Source: the human T2T-CHM13v2.0 reference genome, Homo sapiens. From it: 64,000 nt of DNA. Positions within the stretch are counted from its first letter, which is position 1, and each line of letters opens with the position of its first letter. Shown in pieces: positions 59,272 through 64,000 of this stretch. The notes below the pieces were generated by a model. That model ran no database searches. It saw only the letters and a list, made by a program, of their open reading frames with translations, and had not been told where the DNA came from. The translations under genes and the position numbers were made by a program. Where the stretch lies: NCBI RefSeq assembly GCF_009914755.1, contig NC_060925.1. One strand, given 5' to 3'.

Positions 59272-60179
59272 TACATTACAAAATATGACTATAGTTTGGT
59301 GTTCTGCTTTCATTTGAGGATGTATAGTAGGTATTTTTATATTTTATATTTTTGACAGATTCATACTATCCCAATATGTATGTATACACTCTGATTTATG
59401 CGATCATTATTCTTTATGTAATCATTACCCTTTATTGTACATTTAGGTTGTTTCTATAGTTATATACATATATTCATATATATATATTATTATAAATAAA
59501 ACTCAAACCAAAATAAGGTGTGGGGAGACCAGAAGTAATTCTGAAAAGACAGTATCCTGAATGAACATTCCCAATGCCTTTCTCTTTCAACTCCTGTTCT
59601 GGGTTATACCGAATGGTAGCAGATGCCTCTGATTCTATGAGTTAACTGGAGAGCTCCAGGAAAGACAGTCAGGGTAGGTCGTTATTCTCCATTGTGAAAA
59701 TAGAGAGGCACAGCTGATAAAACCTCATTATCCTTGCAAAGCATCTGTATCTATATATTTGCTCTGTGGACTCTTAGAGGGCCTCTACAGTGGGCCAGAA
59801 TTGCTCCTTGTCTCTGTAACTGGAAAGCACAATTAATCCCATTATGGGGACATGGGCTTCTTTCTTAAATCTAGCTAGCAGAGGGGTGGGAATTTGCTAG
59901 TTTATCTACTGATAGCACCTCCGTCCAGAAAGAAAAAAGTTCAACCCACTAAAGAAGAACCAATTATTTGATGGTAGAAACCCTTTTCAAGTAAAGAAGG
60001 TGGTACCTATTAAAATGGCATTCAGCTTATTGACAATAAATTAGAAAAACTAGAAGAAATTGATATCCTTCCAGCAAAATATAACATACCCAAATAAAAT
60101 CTCGAAGAAGTAGAAAAACATGAACTGGTACATCACAGTGGAAGACATTGGAATGATTTGCCAAATTTGAGTATTTTAA

Positions 60180-60320
60180 AAAGCTGGGAGTCTGTGGTGG
60201 GAGGATCTCTTGAGCTCAGGAGTTTGTGGCTGCAATGAGCTATGATCATGCCCACTGCATTCCAGCCTGGGCAACACAGTGAGACCAAGACTTTATAGAA
60301 AAACTAAAAATAAAAAAATT
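60180..60320 (+). mobile_element. Alu right-arm fragment (J/FRAM)
   Basis: ggaggatctcttgagctcaggag...ccagcctgggcaac. Confidence 0.8.
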
Positions 60321-60923
60321 AACAGGCAGAATACATCTAACGAAAATTGGAGGAAAAAGAGGAAGAGTGAAAGGTACGGTAGGTGCTCCAGTTGCCTTCT
60401 ATGAAACAAACATCAAAGATCTTCTTAAGATTGAAAACTCAAGTAATGGAAGCATAAATACTTAACAGCCAAAAAGGAAACACTCAAATATAATACCATT
60501 TACTAAAACAAGATGATGGAAGAGAGAAAAGTTGGTGAGAGAAAGAGGAACACGCTACCTTCTTCATCATGCGTAATCCAGCCTAATAAAAAGAAGTAAA
60601 GTGTTACTAAAGAGTCAGAGACATAAACACAGATGCAGGCATGCAGACAATGAGGAAAATGAGACCACAGAGCGAATGGCTCTAAAAAAAGGTATGAAAA
60701 CAGAAAACCTAAAATATGACACAGTGAAAACCTAAAATATGGCCCACTCTATTTGCTTATCAATATATATAAATGGACTGTATCACAATTTAAAATTAAA
60801 ATAATTTCATATTTGGGCATGCAGCATAAATTATGCTGACATTAAGAGGCACATCTAAAACAACTTTATTTGGAAAGATTGGAAATAAAAAGATGGCTAG
60901 TGGAATACCAAGAAAATACAAAC

Positions 60924-61222
<299 letters not shown>

Positions 61223-61334
61223 AGATATCTGTTCTTAATATCAGATGAGGTGGAATTCAGGCAAACTAAAGCATTGCAGGAGACAAAAAAGGATATTGCG
61301 TGGTATTGAAGAGTGCAAGATAGTATTCGTAAAA

Positions 61335-62180
61335 CAATAAAAAGTGGGCAAGGAATATGAACAGACACTTTTCAAAAGAAGATATTTATGTGGCCAAGAA
61401 ACATGAAAAAAAGCTCAACATCACTGATCATTAGATAAATGCAAATCAAAACCACAATGAGATACCAACTCATACCAGTCAAAATGGTGATTATTAAAAA
61501 GTCAAGAAACAACAGATGCTGGTGAGGCTGTGGAGAAACAGGAACGCTTTTACATTGTTGTTGGGAATATAAATTAGCTCAACCATTGTGGACGACAGTG
61601 TGGTGATTCCTCAAGGATCTAGAACCAGAAATACAATTTGACCCAGCGATCCCATTACTGGGTATATACCCAAAGGAATATAAATCAGTCTATTATAAAG
61701 ATATACATATACCTGTTTATTGCAGCACTATTCACAATAGCAAAGACATGGAATAAACCCAAATGCCCATCAATGATAGACCAGATAAAGAAAATGTGGT
61801 ACATACACCATGGAACACTATGCAGCCACAAAAAGGAATGAGATAATGTCCTTTGAAGGGACATGGATGAAGCTGGAAACCATCATCCTCAGCAAACTAA
61901 CACAGGAACAGAAAACCAAGTGCTACATGTTCTCACTCATAAGTGGGAGTTGAACAGTGAGAACACATGGACACAGGAAGGGGAACATCACACACCAGGG
62001 CCTCTCGGTGGGGCGGGGGTGCAAGGGGAGGGAGAGCATCAGGACTAATAGCTAATGCATGTGGGGCGTAAAACCTAGATGATGGGTTGATAGGTGCCGC
62101 AAACCACCATGGCACACTTATACCTATGTAACAAACTTGCACATTCTGCACATGTATCCTGGAACATTAAAAAAAAAAAA
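61335..62180 (+). mobile_element. L1PA (PA7-10-like) ORF2 end + 3'UTR
   Basis: aaaagtgggcaaggaatatgaacagacac...gcacatgtatcctggaac + A tail. Confidence 0.9.
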
Positions 62181-63403
62181 TACAAGTCACTGAAGTTGTA
62201 AGTTGTTAAATTTACATAACAAATAAATATAGGGTAGTACTAGTATTTATAAAACAAAATCTCCAGGAGCTACGAGGAGAAACAAACAGAAAATCTTAGT
62301 ATTAGGAGATATCAAGTCACCTTTTCTCAGTTCATGATACGCACACACACCACACACCTCACACCACTGAGGGCTTTATGGTGTGTGGAGAGCTGCCGCA
62401 GAAGCCCTACCCTTAATTGGACATTCATTTTGTTCACTCAGGAATATTTGCAGGGCTGACTTGAGCGGGACTGGGAACTGGGAACATGCCAACAGTTAGT
62501 GCCCTCAGAGCTTGGGAGGGTGTTCAGGAAGCAGGGACCCTGTCCTCCCACACTCCTTGGCTTTTTAAATAAAAGAATTGCTGCCATTCTGTGATTCCTT
62601 GTAAGTCAGCCAACAGAGCTGAGCATTCTCTCTAGTTGATCTCACTGAGTATCAGGACCCCCATTTTACAGATGGGGAAAACCAACGCAGGGAGGATGAG
62701 TCACTTGACCAAGTGGCAGGGCTAGGAACACAGAAGAATCGGTGGACACAGGGTTATCTCTGCACCAAAACAACTGGCCAGGGTGGGGTGGTTACATATA
62801 ACTGGGCTGTAGCTTTCCAGGCTGGCTGGTTCACTCATTCAGTTCACCCCAGGCTGTAAGGACTGCCATGGGAGCCTGAGGCAGATGCTTGTCCTGTCAG
62901 GGCCTCACCCAGCTAAAGTGTCACCCCACCCCTCCACAGACTGCTGCCTGACCCTGTGTCTAACTGTGATCTCTCAAAATCCTCCCTTTCCTGCAGAAAG
63001 CTGAATAGAGTCCATCTTTCTCATTTGATTCTTTCTCTAGTAATCCTAATCCTCCTGGAGGTTGATGAATGCCTGTGACAAAGCAGGTGATTCACATGGA
63101 AATGGAAATGCAAAAAGGGAAAAGTATATTAACATACTTCAAAAATATTCTTACTTATATAGCCTTTCATCTGTTGATCTATGTATTTTTAAGTTGTGGT
63201 TGGGGGTGGGAGGGTACTGTCTTAGAAAAATAAAGTGAAAACTTGTAGGTAAAAATATACGTGCAAGTTAATTTCATCTTTCTTTGTCATGCCAAAAAAA
63301 TGGAAAAGTCACACATTTGCAATAAAAATTATTCTATATCTATAATATTAAATGGTATTAGCTGTCAAAATATATTAATCTGGAAAGATATTCTTGTAAA
63401 TAT

Positions 63404-63748
63404 TGTTGAATAAAACAACATTTTATTGGAAGTATTTTTCATGGCTATCTTTCCAGATCAATATATATCAATATATTGTTATATATATTTCCAGATCAAT
63501 ATATATTGTTAGGTATATAACATATATAACATTCATATATATAACATATATGACATCTATATAACATATAACATATATAGTCATATGTTTTATATGTTAT
63601 ATCCATAACATATGTTATATGCATAACAATATATGTTGAATATGTTATATACATAATATATATTGATCTGGAGATATGTATAACAATATATTGATCTGGA
63701 AAAATATCCATGAAAATATTGTTCAGTAAAATATTGTTTTACTCAACA
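63404..63748. repeat. AT-rich imperfect palindrome, ~345 bp
   Basis: 63404-63507 is approximately the reverse complement of 63655-63748, around a (TATAACA/TGTTATA) low-complexity core. Confidence 0.9.
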
Positions 63749-64000
63749 TTTTGAGTTGTAAATTGTAATATAGGTATTGCAAATCTTATGATAGATTTTA
63801 ATGTAATCTATTGTTGTAATATTAAAGGTATTACAAATATTTTTGTAATTAAAAAGAAATCTTCATACTTGTGTTTGTATATGATTTTATGGTAGTTGTG
63901 GAAGGATATACACTAATCATTTAACTCACAGTATTTTAGAAAGATCAAAATGGAAGCTGTATGAGAATATGAAGACAGAGAGAAATTTTTTCTTTAACTT

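Overview
Primate (almost certainly human) genomic DNA, AT-rich and repeat-dense. It is an internal part of RYR2 (cardiac ryanodine receptor) on the + strand. Seven GT-AG coding exons (2991-3065, 8177-8255, 10776-10888, 20689-20788, 21495-21591, 50465-50539, 56508-56664) splice to a stop-free 696-nt/232-aa frame, [20 protein letters not shown]...[11 protein letters not shown]. This matches RyR2 residues ~104-335 (N-terminal beta-trefoil/MIR domains, a CPVT mutation cluster; exons 6-12 by recalled numbering). The rest is intron: about 20 Alus, L1 fragments of many ages, L2/MIR, MaLR and ERV solo LTRs, and Tigger/Charlie/MADE DNA transposons. Almost all entries in the ORF track are repeat-derived noise. 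I see no new gene or novel multi-gene system. The most notable unexplained structures are: a templated ~220-bp copy inserted into an L2 upstream of exon 6; a scrambled L1 end with a perfect 31-bp inverted repeat; a ~345-bp AT-rich palindrome; inverted L1PA/Alu pairs flanking frame-preserving exon blocks (circRNA candidates); several cryptic or recursive splice-signal candidates; and cardiac TF motif clusters. Repeat subfamily names come from recalled consensus sequences and boundaries of old elements are approximate.
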